A DNA stretch of 46,616 bases from Myxococcales bacterium (lineage in GTDB: Bacteria > Myxococcota_A > UBA796 > SXON01). The notes under the pieces are model-generated. The model was not told the DNA's origin and searched no databases. It saw only the letters and a list, made by a program, of their open reading frames with translations. Location: the NCBI GenBank assembly GCA_009692605.1, contig SHYV01000002.1, positions 1 to 46,616 of the forward strand, in the 5' to 3' direction. The translations under genes and the position numbers were made by a program. Below are positions 14,789 through 23,107 of this stretch, one piece after another (position 1 is the first letter of the stretch; the number at the start of each line of letters is the position of its first letter).

Positions 14789-16186
14789 ATGTCGCAGCTC
14801 GCCCCAGCGCCCCCCGCAGCGCCCCCCGCAGCGTCCCCCGCAGCGCCCCCCGGCCCCGGTGCACAGTGGGTCAGCGCGCTCGCACACGCGCTGTCCGCCG
14901 GCACCCTCGTGAAGCTCACGTTGAGCAAGTCCCGGCATCGGGGTGACGCGGCCCAGCAGGCGTTCGGCCGGCTGGTCCAGCTGAAGGCGGGGCCCCACTT
15001 GAGCATCCTGTCGCGCCACCCCTCCCGCGACGTGACCGTGAACCATCCGCTCGCGGCCGCCGCCCGGACCGTCGGCTCCCTGCTCGAGACCGCTTTCGAG
15101 AACGCTCACCTTTTCACCACGGTCGGTGACTTTGAGCTGCGCACCAACAAGAAGGGCGTTGCGCGGTTTTCGCGTCACCCCGCCACGTTCACCGAGCCGC
15201 CGGGGGTCGAGCATGACCGTGTGAAGCGCTACGTGCTCGACCCTGCGAAGGCGCCCTATCTGGCAGAGCTTGGCATCGCGACGCCGGATGGGCACATCAA
15301 GAGCGACAAGGCCGACAAGTACCGCCAGATGCAGAGCATCATCAAGATCGTGGACGAGGTGGTCGGGAAGTCGGGGTTGCTGGAGCCTGCGGCTCGTCAG
15401 GACAGGCGACTGCGCCTGATCGACATGGGCTGCGGCAAGGGATACTTGACGTTCGCGCTTCATGATTATTTCAACGGGCATCTGGGGATTCCGACTGACG
15501 TCATCGGTGTGGACCGCAATGTCGAGCTGATGGCGCTGTGCAACGGCGTGGCCGAGCGGCTGGCAGTCCGGCCTGGGCTGCCGGCACCCGCGACAGGTGA
15601 CCTGCGCTTTGTGGTATCGGGTGTCGAGGACTTCGACGTGGGCGATGTGGACGTGCTGGTCGCGCTGCACGCATGCGACACCGCGACGGACATCGCGCTC
15701 TACAAGGGGGTGGCGGGTAATGCCGCTGTCGTCATGGCCGTTCCGTGCTGCCAGAAGGAGCTGCGGCCGCAGTTCAGGGCGCCTCGCGACGAGCTTCCCA
15801 TGCTCAAGCACGACACGTTCAAGGACCGCTACTCTCAGATGTTGACCGACGCGCTGCGGGGCTTGTTGATGGAGTCTCAGGGGTATCGTACCCGGGTGAT
15901 CGAGTTCATCTCAGACGCGCATACGCACCGCAACGTGATGATCGTCGCCACGCGGCGGGCGTGGGGAACCGTTGCGGAGCCCGGAGCGGTCGCGGAGCCC
16001 GGCGCTGTGGCGGAGCCCGGAGCGCCGCGCGGAGAAGCCGCAGCGCGCTACAGGGAGGCCGTGGCGTTGAAGGCACGGTATCGCGTATCGGAGCAGCGTC
16101 TGGAGTCGCTGCTGGTGGGCGCCGGCCGTTTGGCGGCAGGCGAATCGCTGGAGCCGGGCGCGTCGCTCGATCCGGGCGACGCCTGA
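14789..16186 (+). CDS. Class I SAM-dependent methyltransferase (465 aa) with repeat-containing termini
   Basis: Motif I is present (RLIDMGCGKGYLTFAL), followed by VIGVDRN, VLVALHACDTATD and AVPCCQKEL (Methyltransf_32-like pattern). The N-terminus is APPAAPPAASPAAPP and the C-terminal region has AEPGAV x3, both encoded by DNA tandem repeats. Confidence 0.8.
   Translation: MSQLAPAPPAAPPAASPAAPPGPGAQWVSALAHALSAGTLVKLTLSKSRHRGDAAQQAFGRLVQLKAGPHLSILSRHPSRDVTVNHPLAAAARTVGSLLETAFENAHLFTTVGDFELRTNKKGVARFSRHPATFTEPPGVEHDRVKRYVLDPAKAPYLAELGIATPDGHIKSDKADKYRQMQSIIKIVDEVVGKSGLLEPAARQDRRLRLIDMGCGKGYLTFALHDYFNGHLGIPTDVIGVDRNVELMALCNGVAERLAVRPGLPAPATGDLRFVVSGVEDFDVGDVDVLVALHACDTATDIALYKGVAGNAAVVMAVPCCQKELRPQFRAPRDELPMLKHDTFKDRYSQMLTDALRGLLMESQGYRTRVIEFISDAHTHRNVMIVATRRAWGTVAEPGAVAEPGAVAEPGAPRGEAAARYREAVALKARYRVSEQRLESLLVGAGRLAAGESLEPGASLDPGDA
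14809..14852. repeat. In-frame tandem repeat of about 3.5 x 12 bp, G(C/T)CCCCCGCAGC
   Basis: Counted directly. Copies lie at 14809-14820, 14821-14832 and 14833-14844 (one substitution), followed by a partial copy. Confidence 0.85.
15971..16024. repeat. In-frame tandem repeat of 3 x 18 bp (encodes AEPGAV x3)
   Basis: The units are GTTGCGGAGCCCGGAGCG / GTCGCGGAGCCCGGCGCT / GTGGCGGAGCCCGGAGCG. Confidence 0.85.
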
Positions 16187-17584
16187 CTACCTGGACAAGC
16201 CGCACTGGAGGACGATGCTGTTGGTTACTGGCAGATCGGCGTTTTGCGGGATCACCTGCTCGAAGGTGAGGCCGGTGAACGCCGTGGTCGCCGGTGGGCG
16301 GTCCCGCTTGCCGCCACGAGCCGGTGTGGCGCGCTTGCCCTCGGTGTTCCAGTAGAGATTGGCGCCCACGTCGAGGTACCAGTTCTGGTCGAAGGAGGTC
16401 GAGTCGGTCGGGCCGTCCGAGATGAACTTGGGATCGAACCCGGAGTAGCTGGCGACCAGTGAGACGTGATCGGTGACCGCGGTCCGCACCGGGATGTCAC
16501 CCGCCGCTGCGAAGAGCCAGGCGATGCGGTCGTCGTCCACTCCGCCAGCGCTGACCCGGCTCATGACGCCTTCGGTGACGATCCGGGGGCTCACCGAGGG
16601 CAAGTAGCGCCCGGCGTTGAGCTCAAGCGAGAAGGCTCCGTGCGTATGCCCGTCGGTGCTGTTGCCGGCGTGCATGACCGAGCCGCGCACCTCGACCACG
16701 TTGATGGGGGCGAGGGTGAGCCTCGCGACGATGTCCTTGGCCGCCGTTCCGTCCAGCTTGGTTGCGCCGGAGCCGTTGATCAACTGCAAGTCGAGCGCGG
16801 CCATGTCCTTGTACGCCACCCGCCAGCCGAGCCCGATGTCGGTGCCGGGGGAGATCCCGAAGCGCCGCTCGGGCTCCATGTAGGCAAGCTGGCCTCCGAG
16901 GAAGAACTTGTCGTAGTCGCTGTAGTCGTCGCGAAGCCCGAACGCGGTGTGGAGGACGCCCACACGCAGCGACTGGCGCAGGGCCTTGCCGGTGTGGAGC
17001 CTCAGGGTGAGCTCGTCCACCGCGGGGTTCAAGATGGCCTCGTCGCTGCTGACCACGAGCGTGTCTCCCAGCGCCTCGGGGTCAGAGGGCGGGCTCTCGG
17101 GGACCGCCGCGAACTCCATGGAAGCGCGGAGCGCGAGCCAGGGGGTGGCGTCAAAGTCGACGCGGGGGCGAAGGTGGGCGATCGTGAAGGTCGGCCGTGT
17201 GGGGTTGTCCGCGTAGACGGGGTCAGCTCCCCGCTCGAGGTGTTCGGCGACGAAGTTGATCTGGAAGTCGCCGCCGAGACGGAAGAGCTCCTCGGGCCGG
17301 GCGTCCGCTTTGGGGGGGCGCCGGTCACCCTGAGGGGGGCGGTCACCCTGAGGGGGGCGATCACCCTGAGGGGGACGGTCACCCGGGGGGGGGCGGTCAC
17401 CCGGGGGGGGGCGGGCGCCCGGGGGGAGGCGTCGTCCGGCCTGATCGAGCGGCGGGCGGTTGACGGGCTGGGGCTCTGCGCTCGCGGGCTCCGACGGGGC
17501 TGAGGTCGGGGTAGCGTCAGGCACAGTCGGTTCGTCCGACGCGACAGCGAGAGGCGCCAGGAGCAAGGTGTACAGGGTGAACAT
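16187..17584 (-). CDS. Outer-membrane beta-barrel (porin-like) protein with an N-terminal Pro-rich GDRPP(P/Q) repeat
   Basis: A signal peptide is present (MFTLYTLLLAPLAVASD). A Pro-rich linker with PPGDRPPPGDRPPQGDRPPQGDRPPQGDRRPP follows. After that come alternating amphipathic strands (FQINFVAE, LRASMEFAA, LRLHTG, VGVLHTAFG, LGWRVAY, VARLTLAP, FSLELNAG...). Its stop abuts the stop of the convergent methyltransferase gene with 0 nt between them. Confidence 0.7.
   Translation of the reverse strand: MFTLYTLLLAPLAVASDEPTVPDATPTSAPSEPASAEPQPVNRPPLDQAGRRLPPGARPPPGDRPPPGDRPPQGDRPPQGDRPPQGDRRPPKADARPEELFRLGGDFQINFVAEHLERGADPVYADNPTRPTFTIAHLRPRVDFDATPWLALRASMEFAAVPESPPSDPEALGDTLVVSSDEAILNPAVDELTLRLHTGKALRQSLRVGVLHTAFGLRDDYSDYDKFFLGGQLAYMEPERRFGISPGTDIGLGWRVAYKDMAALDLQLINGSGATKLDGTAAKDIVARLTLAPINVVEVRGSVMHAGNSTDGHTHGAFSLELNAGRYLPSVSPRIVTEGVMSRVSAGGVDDDRIAWLFAAAGDIPVRTAVTDHVSLVASYSGFDPKFISDGPTDSTSFDQNWYLDVGANLYWNTEGKRATPARGGKRDRPPATTAFTGLTFEQVIPQNADLPVTNSIVLQCGLSR
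17323..17430. repeat. In-frame tandem repeat of 5-6 x 18 bp with G7-G9 homopolymer runs
   Basis: The units are GGTCACCCTGAGGGGGGC x2, GATCACCCTGAGGGGGAC, GGTCACCCGGGGGGGGGC x2, then a degenerate copy. Confidence 0.9.
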
Positions 17585-17658
17585 CTGGGTAATGTAGCGC
17601 CGATGTAGACCTGGCGCGAGGGAGCGGTGGAGTCGGCCGCCCCGCAGGGATCAACGCC

Positions 17659-18117
17659 TCAGTTGAACTCGCCGGTGTCGGGGTCCGGCTCAAGCTCCGG
17701 CTCGTGGCCGGCGGCGATGACCCCGCCGTGGTGGAGCGTCATCCTCCACCCGTCGTCGGTCCGCAGGAACACGTTCGTGCAGGCTACGCGCGCCTCCTGA
17801 CCGAAGGAGCCGGATGCCGTCGGAGCGCCGCTGACGTTCTCGATCAGGTGGACCTTCGCGGCGCCGCCGTAGAGGTCGACCCGCAGGTCGGAGATGCGAA
17901 TGGAGAGTCGGTCGCCCGAGGCGAACAGCCTCCGCCAAGAATTCTGCACGTTGATGGGACCAATGACCGCCTCCGTCCACGGGTGGATGCAGGTGTCGCC
18001 ATCGTGGCCCGCCCAGACGAGGTCCATGCGGAGCGCGTCGCCGGCGACAAACGCGCGGTAGAAGGCATCATTGGCGGCCAGCACACCCCGGGTGTCGGCG
18101 TCGGAGGGCTCGGACAT
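17659..18117 (-). CDS. SnoaL-like / NTF2-fold (DUF4440-type) protein
   Basis: The protein is 152 aa. ANDAFYRAFVAGDALRMDLVW......IHPW...GP..V..SW......, then RVACTNVFLRTDDGWRMTLHHGG, is a typical NTF2-like cone pattern. Confidence 0.7.
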   Translation of the reverse strand: MSEPSDADTRGVLAANDAFYRAFVAGDALRMDLVWAGHDGDTCIHPWTEAVIGPINVQNSWRRLFASGDRLSIRISDLRVDLYGGAAKVHLIENVSGAPTASGSFGQEARVACTNVFLRTDDGWRMTLHHGGVIAAGHEPELEPDPDTGEFN

Positions 18118-18135
18118 GCCGGCCGCTTATCCGGC

Positions 18136-18159
18136 CGCGGCCCCGACCGCGGCCCCGAC
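18136..18159. repeat. 2 x 12-bp perfect tandem CGCGGCCCCGAC in a 47-bp divergent intergenic region
   Basis: Seen directly (18136-18147, 18148-18159), between the SnoaL-like start (18117, minus) and the GH31 start (18165, plus). Confidence 0.9.
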
Positions 18160-18164
18160 AGCGG

Positions 18165-20513
18165 ATGTTAACGAGGCCGATGCGGCCGTCATCCGTCTCC
18201 CTTCAGCTCACACTTTGGGGAGCGTTGCTGACCGGCTGCTCCAACGCGCGAACCATCGGTCCGTGGGATCTGGTCCCGACCGGGACCGGGTTCGACATCT
18301 CCCGGTCGGATGGCAGCGAGTTTGTCGGGTCCCTCACCATCGAGATTGGGATTGGCGAGGCGAACGTGGAGTTCCAGGCCGGGGCGTACCGATTCGGCGG
18401 CGAGTCCACCGAGTGGAAGGCCCTGATCCCTTCCGGCGGGCCGAGTGGGCGGGACCCCGCGGTCACCTGGAAGCTGGAGGATGAGCACGGTGACGACTAC
18501 GGGCTGGTCTCGGCCGCTGAGCTACGGGACGGCATCCTCGCCGTCGCGGTCGTCGCCAACGATCCAGAGGTGAACCGGACGCGATTTTCGGTGCCTTGCA
18601 CCGGAAATGACCACTTCGCGGGCTTCGGCCAGCACGCGCAGGACGTCGACCACGTCGGGGAAGCCTTCCCGCTATGGGTGAGCGAGCCGGGCATCGGGAA
18701 GACTGGCGACGAGACGCAGGGCGACGACTGGTTCCTGACCGGTACGAAGCACGCATCCAGCTACCCCGACCCGTTCTTCATCAAGCCGGATCCGCTCGGC
18801 GTCGAGATCGTGACCGAGAGCCGCGTAGAGGTCGACCTCTGCACGGGCGATGACTGGTCCGTGGCCGCGTGGTCGGGGGCCACTGAGATCCTGTTCTACG
18901 ACGTGACGACGCCGATGGAGGCCGTGCAGAAGCACGCGCTTCGGAGCGGGTCGCCGGTGCTGCCTCCGGCGTGGGCCTTCGCGCCGTGGAACGACGCGGT
19001 CGGCGGTGAGGATCGCGTCAAGCACGTCGCCAGCGTGCTGCGGGAGGCCGGCGCGACCGCGGGCGTCATCTGGACCGAAGACTGGAAGGGGGGCGAAGAC
19101 AGCGTCTACGGCTACCATCTAATCCCCAGTTGGGACGTCGACGAGACCCTGTACCCGGACGCCGCCGGGCTGGCCTCGGAGCTTCGTGCCAACGGCTTTG
19201 GTTGGTTCGCCTACTTCCAGCCTTTTTTGGTTGAGGGCACAGATGCATGGGAAGAAGCAGGGGAGTTTGCTATTCGCAGGGAGGACGGTTCGACCTACAC
19301 CTTTGTGGGGATGACCTTCGAGACCACCACGGTGCTCGATCTCACGCGGGAGGATGCGCGCGACTGGGCCAGGGGAAAGATGCAGGCCGCGCTGGACCTT
19401 GGCTTCACGGGGTGGATGGCGGACTTCGCAGAGTGGCTCCCCACCGACGCCGTGCTGGCCGGGGCGGACGCGCTGGCCGCTCACAACGCCTACCCGCTGT
19501 GGTGGCAGGAGACCAACGCCGCCGTGCTCAGCGGCCCTGCCGAATCCAGCGGCGGCGAATCCAGCGGCGGCGAGACCACAGGGGTCCAGTTCACCCGCTC
19601 GGGCTGGACCGGCTCGCCTACGTTGTCGCCGATCGGTTGGGCCGGTGATCAACGCACCAGCTTCGACGCCGACGACGGGTTTCCGACGGTGATCCCGATG
19701 GGGATCGGGGCCGGAATCTCCGGGCTTCCGCTCTACACGCACGACATCGGCGGCTACCAGTCGATCGGGAACGAACCGTCTACCAAGGAGCTGTGGTGGC
19801 GGTGGTGCACCCTCGGGGCGATGTCGCCCATCATGCGCACCCACCACGGCGCGTTCATGGCGGAAAACTGGCAGTTCGACAGCGATGCGGAGACCCTCGC
19901 GCTGTACGTGACCTGGTCACGCGTCCACGGGCGGATGGCACCCTACCGGAGGGGTTTGGCGGTTGAGGCGCAGCGTCAGGGCACGCCTCTGGTCCGCGCG
20001 CCGTTCCTGACATGGCCAGACGAGGACTGGGCGAGGACCGATGCCTGGCTCCTCGGGGACCTTCTGGTCGCGCCAGTGATGGAGGAAGGCGCGGTGTCGA
20101 GGCGCGTGGACCTGCCGGCGGCGGTGGGCTGGTTCGATTTCTGGACCGGGGAGGCCGCGCAGACCGGCACGTTTGACGTCCCGCTGGACAGCATCGCCGT
20201 GTTCGCCCCGGTCGGGGCGATCGTCCCGATGTACACGGACATCGCCGATACGCTGTTCGACGGCCCGCTCTCGGGCCTCGTGACCGCGGACGAGGTCGAT
20301 ACTGGCCGCACCGTGCACGTGTTCGCTTCAGGCGGGGCCTCGGTCTCCGGGCGGTTCGAGGAGGCGGACGGGACCACGTACACGGTGACGGGCACAGCCA
20401 CGGGGCCTGCCGAAGCAACGGTGCGGACCGCCTCGGGAGACGTCGTCGTCGCCGGGTTGACGGTGCAGATCCGCGGGCCAGTGGAGCGGACCTACGCGGT
20501 GGTCGTCCGTTGA
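18165..20513 (+). CDS. Glycoside hydrolase family 31 lipoprotein (alpha-glucosidase/xylosidase-like)
   Basis: The signal peptide has a lipobox (LWGALLTGCS). The nucleophile motif is GWMADFAEWLPTD (cf. xDFGE of GH31). The acid/base region is YTHDIGGYQS, followed by MRTHHG. The length and order fit GH31. Confidence 0.85.
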   Translation: MLTRPMRPSSVSLQLTLWGALLTGCSNARTIGPWDLVPTGTGFDISRSDGSEFVGSLTIEIGIGEANVEFQAGAYRFGGESTEWKALIPSGGPSGRDPAVTWKLEDEHGDDYGLVSAAELRDGILAVAVVANDPEVNRTRFSVPCTGNDHFAGFGQHAQDVDHVGEAFPLWVSEPGIGKTGDETQGDDWFLTGTKHASSYPDPFFIKPDPLGVEIVTESRVEVDLCTGDDWSVAAWSGATEILFYDVTTPMEAVQKHALRSGSPVLPPAWAFAPWNDAVGGEDRVKHVASVLREAGATAGVIWTEDWKGGEDSVYGYHLIPSWDVDETLYPDAAGLASELRANGFGWFAYFQPFLVEGTDAWEEAGEFAIRREDGSTYTFVGMTFETTTVLDLTREDARDWARGKMQAALDLGFTGWMADFAEWLPTDAVLAGADALAAHNAYPLWWQETNAAVLSGPAESSGGESSGGETTGVQFTRSGWTGSPTLSPIGWAGDQRTSFDADDGFPTVIPMGIGAGISGLPLYTHDIGGYQSIGNEPSTKELWWRWCTLGAMSPIMRTHHGAFMAENWQFDSDAETLALYVTWSRVHGRMAPYRRGLAVEAQRQGTPLVRAPFLTWPDEDWARTDAWLLGDLLVAPVMEEGAVSRRVDLPAAVGWFDFWTGEAAQTGTFDVPLDSIAVFAPVGAIVPMYTDIADTLFDGPLSGLVTADEVDTGRTVHVFASGGASVSGRFEEADGTTYTVTGTATGPAEATVRTASGDVVVAGLTVQIRGPVERTYAVVVR

Positions 20514-21745
20514 CCGATCGCCGGTCCCCTGAACGCCGCATCGCGGTTCTGCCGGATCTCGGGCTATGTTGGTTGGATTCCCCGGTACCCTGCTTGTTCG
20601 TCGTTCTGGCCATTCTAGGTTGTCATCCTTTCGAAGACTCAAGTTCAAAAGGCGATAGTGGCAGTTCCCCTGTTCCGCCCGGCCCAGCTGCACTTACGCT
20701 GGGGGAAGCCTGCAACCCCGCCGATGACCTCTGCGACCAGGGCACCGCCTGCTGCACCGAGTGCTGCGAGGGCGACAACACCCCGGTCTGCACCACCACG
20801 ATCAACGAGGCGTGCCCGCTGCCCGACCTCTCTGCGGATCCGCCGCGTTTGCAGGACGGGCTCGTCGAGGAGTGGGCCTACTTTGACGCGGATAACTGCG
20901 CGATCATCGAGGGTTGCGTTCTGGCGAGCGGCTGGCGTCGCCTGCTGGAGTTTGACTTGACCACCCCCAACACCGGCACCGCGGACGTCAAGTTCGGCGA
21001 CCCGAGCAACAACCCGCTCTTCCACTACTCGGAGTGCCACGACCACTTCCACTTCGACGGATATGCAAGGTACTCCCTGCTCGATGGAGTGACGGAGGTC
21101 GCGAAGGGTCACAAGCAGGCGTTCTGCCTCCTGGACTTTGAGGCGTGGACCGAGGATGCGAGGCCGCGGCCCCTGTACACCTGTGAGCGGCAGGGGATCT
21201 CGGCGGGGTGGGCGGACACTTACGGCGGCCACCTCGACTGCCAGTGGATCGACATCACCGACGTGCCTGCGGGCAGCTACACGGTGCACGCCACGGTGAA
21301 CGTCGACAGCATCATCCCCGAGCTGGACTACGAAAACAACGTGGCGGACGCTACGTGGACCGTAGTTGACCCCGTTGATCTCCCGGCGGTGACCGACCCC
21401 TGCGATCCGCCTGCCGGTCGTATTGACGTCGGTCAGGGGGAGGTCAGGGACTGCGGCTGGAGCGTGGCCGGGAACTACACCTGCGCGCCCGGTGAGCCGG
21501 TTGATGCCTCCTGCAGTGGCGGCTGCGCCGACAGCTGCGTGGGCGACCCGGTCATGCGGGTCTGCGAGGGCGCCGACAACCCCTGTTATTCATTCCAAGC
21601 GCTGGGCAGCGACGACGATTCCTGCGGGACGTCAGCTTGCCCGGTCGTGAGCGTGACCTGCCCGGCCGGCGGGGTGGTGACCGTGCTCACGGCCTCGTGG
21701 AAGTCCTCCATCGGGCCGGCCACCTGTGATCCGTTAGTGGAGTAG
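20510..21745 (+). CDS. Lysyl oxidase (LOX)-domain copper amine oxidase homologue, probable lipoprotein, with Cys-rich N- and C-terminal extensions
   Basis: [34 protein letters not shown] and [37 protein letters not shown]...PELDYENNV match by eye human LOX [34 protein letters not shown] and [30 protein letters not shown]...PESDYTNNV. The TTG start overlaps the GH31 stop (TTGA). The lipobox is LAILGC. The exact start is uncertain. Confidence 0.85.
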   Translation: [411 protein letters not shown]

Positions 21746-21748
21746 ATC

Positions 21749-23107
21749 ATGGTAATTTCCATGTTACTCAGTCTGTTATCCGCGGTGGGGCCGGCCCTCG
21801 CGGCGACGACCACCGCTGCCGACTGCCTCGAATGCTGCCAGCAAGCCGGGCTGACCTCGTGCGGCACCGACGTCTTCGTCAATGGCGAGGGAAGCAAGGT
21901 TCAAAAGGAGGGTAGCTCCTGGAGGGTGTCGGGGCTGTACGTTTTGTCCTGTGACGGTCGTGGTTTTTTTGACGACGGGCGCACTGCGCTCTTCTCTTCC
22001 CCGCCGTCCGCTGGAGACCTGGCCAAGGCGTATTCCGCGCAGTGGGCGTGCTTTCGGCAATCGTGTCAGCTCCCGGTCGGCCTTTGTCTGGACGCAGGGT
22101 CAGGTCACGTGTCGGTGTGTGACACCGGGGCCGCTCCGTCAGGGGCTGCGTTCCGGGGCGCGCCGGGTCCTCGACCGGGCCGGTCCACCGCGGCGCCGCT
22201 GCCGGTCTCGGCCGCCGGGCCGGTCGGCGCGCGGCCTGGTTCGTCGGGAGGCCTATCGGTGGTGGTCGCGGGGAGGACGCTCACGGTGGAGCGGGCTCCG
22301 GCTCAGGCGGCACCGGCGGGGGCCGCCGTCGCGCTTCCTGCCCCAGCTCCCGCGCTCCCCCCGGCCGCGCCTCCCCGCGCCGCTCCCGCGCTCCCTCCCG
22401 CGCTCCCTCCCGCGCTCCCTCCCGCGCTCCCTCCCGCGAAGCCCAAGAGCACCGTGCTCTTCGATGACCTCGATGACGACGAGATCCTCGCCGAGCTTCG
22501 GGGCGAGACGAAGCCCAGCGCCGTAGCAGCGGCCCCCCCCCCGGCGGCCCCGTCGGTCTGGACCCCTTCCGCCACCGCGACGTATACGCCGACCGGACCC
22601 GCTACCGGGGGCCCGCCCGCGGGGCCCACAGCGGTGTACTCACCGGCACCCTCGTCCGCTGCTGCGTCGAGCGCAGCGGCGATCACCCAGCTCACCGAGG
22701 GCCTGCCCCGGGACCCCCCGGAGCAGTGCCAGCCTCCCCCCGACGCGCTGCGCAGCGAGTCCCGGAAGCAGGTGATGACCGGGGATGATCTCCGGCTCGC
22801 CAAGGATGCTTCGGGTGCCATCCAGAAGTACCGGGCTGCGATCTCGATGGACTCCTGCAACGGGTACGGCTGGATTGGCCTTGGGGAGTCAGCCATCTTG
22901 CTCGGTCGCCCCGATCTGGCGGTGCGAACGCTGCGCAACGCGACCATGCTCATGCCGCAGCACTACGGTGCCTGGCTGGAGCTCGGACAGGCATATGAGT
23001 CGATTAATGAGGTAGAAGCCGCTATTAGCTCCTATCAGCGTGCTTTGGCGGTGAAGCCTGGGCTCGCCGGGGCGGTCGACGGCCTCGCGCGCCTCGGCGT
23101 GCGATGA
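21749..23107 (+). CDS. Secreted protein with a Cys-rich N-domain, a long Pro/Ala-rich linker (ALPP x4) and C-terminal TPR repeats
   Basis: A signal peptide is present (MVISMLLSLLSAVGPALAA), followed by CLECCQQAGLTSCG... A Pro/Ala-rich segment of roughly 200 aa follows. The C-terminus is TPR-like (GWIGLGESAILLGRPDLAVRTLRNATMLMPQHYGAWLELGQAYESINEVEAAISSYQRALAVKP). Confidence 0.7.
   Translation: MVISMLLSLLSAVGPALAATTTAADCLECCQQAGLTSCGTDVFVNGEGSKVQKEGSSWRVSGLYVLSCDGRGFFDDGRTALFSSPPSAGDLAKAYSAQWACFRQSCQLPVGLCLDAGSGHVSVCDTGAAPSGAAFRGAPGPRPGRSTAAPLPVSAAGPVGARPGSSGGLSVVVAGRTLTVERAPAQAAPAGAAVALPAPAPALPPAAPPRAAPALPPALPPALPPALPPAKPKSTVLFDDLDDDEILAELRGETKPSAVAAAPPPAAPSVWTPSATATYTPTGPATGGPPAGPTAVYSPAPSSAAASSAAAITQLTEGLPRDPPEQCQPPPDALRSESRKQVMTGDDLRLAKDASGAIQKYRAAISMDSCNGYGWIGLGESAILLGRPDLAVRTLRNATMLMPQHYGAWLELGQAYESINEVEAAISSYQRALAVKPGLAGAVDGLARLGVR
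22388..22435. repeat. In-frame perfect tandem repeat of 4 x 12 bp, GCGCTCCCTCCC (ALPP x4)
   Basis: Counted directly. The units lie at 22388, 22400, 22412 and 22424. Confidence 0.9.

Noticed and set aside
14714-15811. This is the upstream part of the 608-aa minus ORF 13985..15811.
   Set aside because: It is antisense to the methyltransferase gene. It contains a periodic GGRCGGRCGGRC produced by the 12-bp repeat. The real gene is the M50B-like part downstream of GTG 14713.
18165-20513. I considered calling the GH31 enzyme a sulfoquinovosidase, given the MADFxE-type nucleophile motif and the sulfo-related neighbours in the window.
   Set aside because: The xDFGE-like motif is general to GH31. 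In the IWTEDWKGGEDSVYG region I cannot recognise the Arg/Trp sulfonate-binding signature. The ASST and sulfatase-like genes are not in the same operon.
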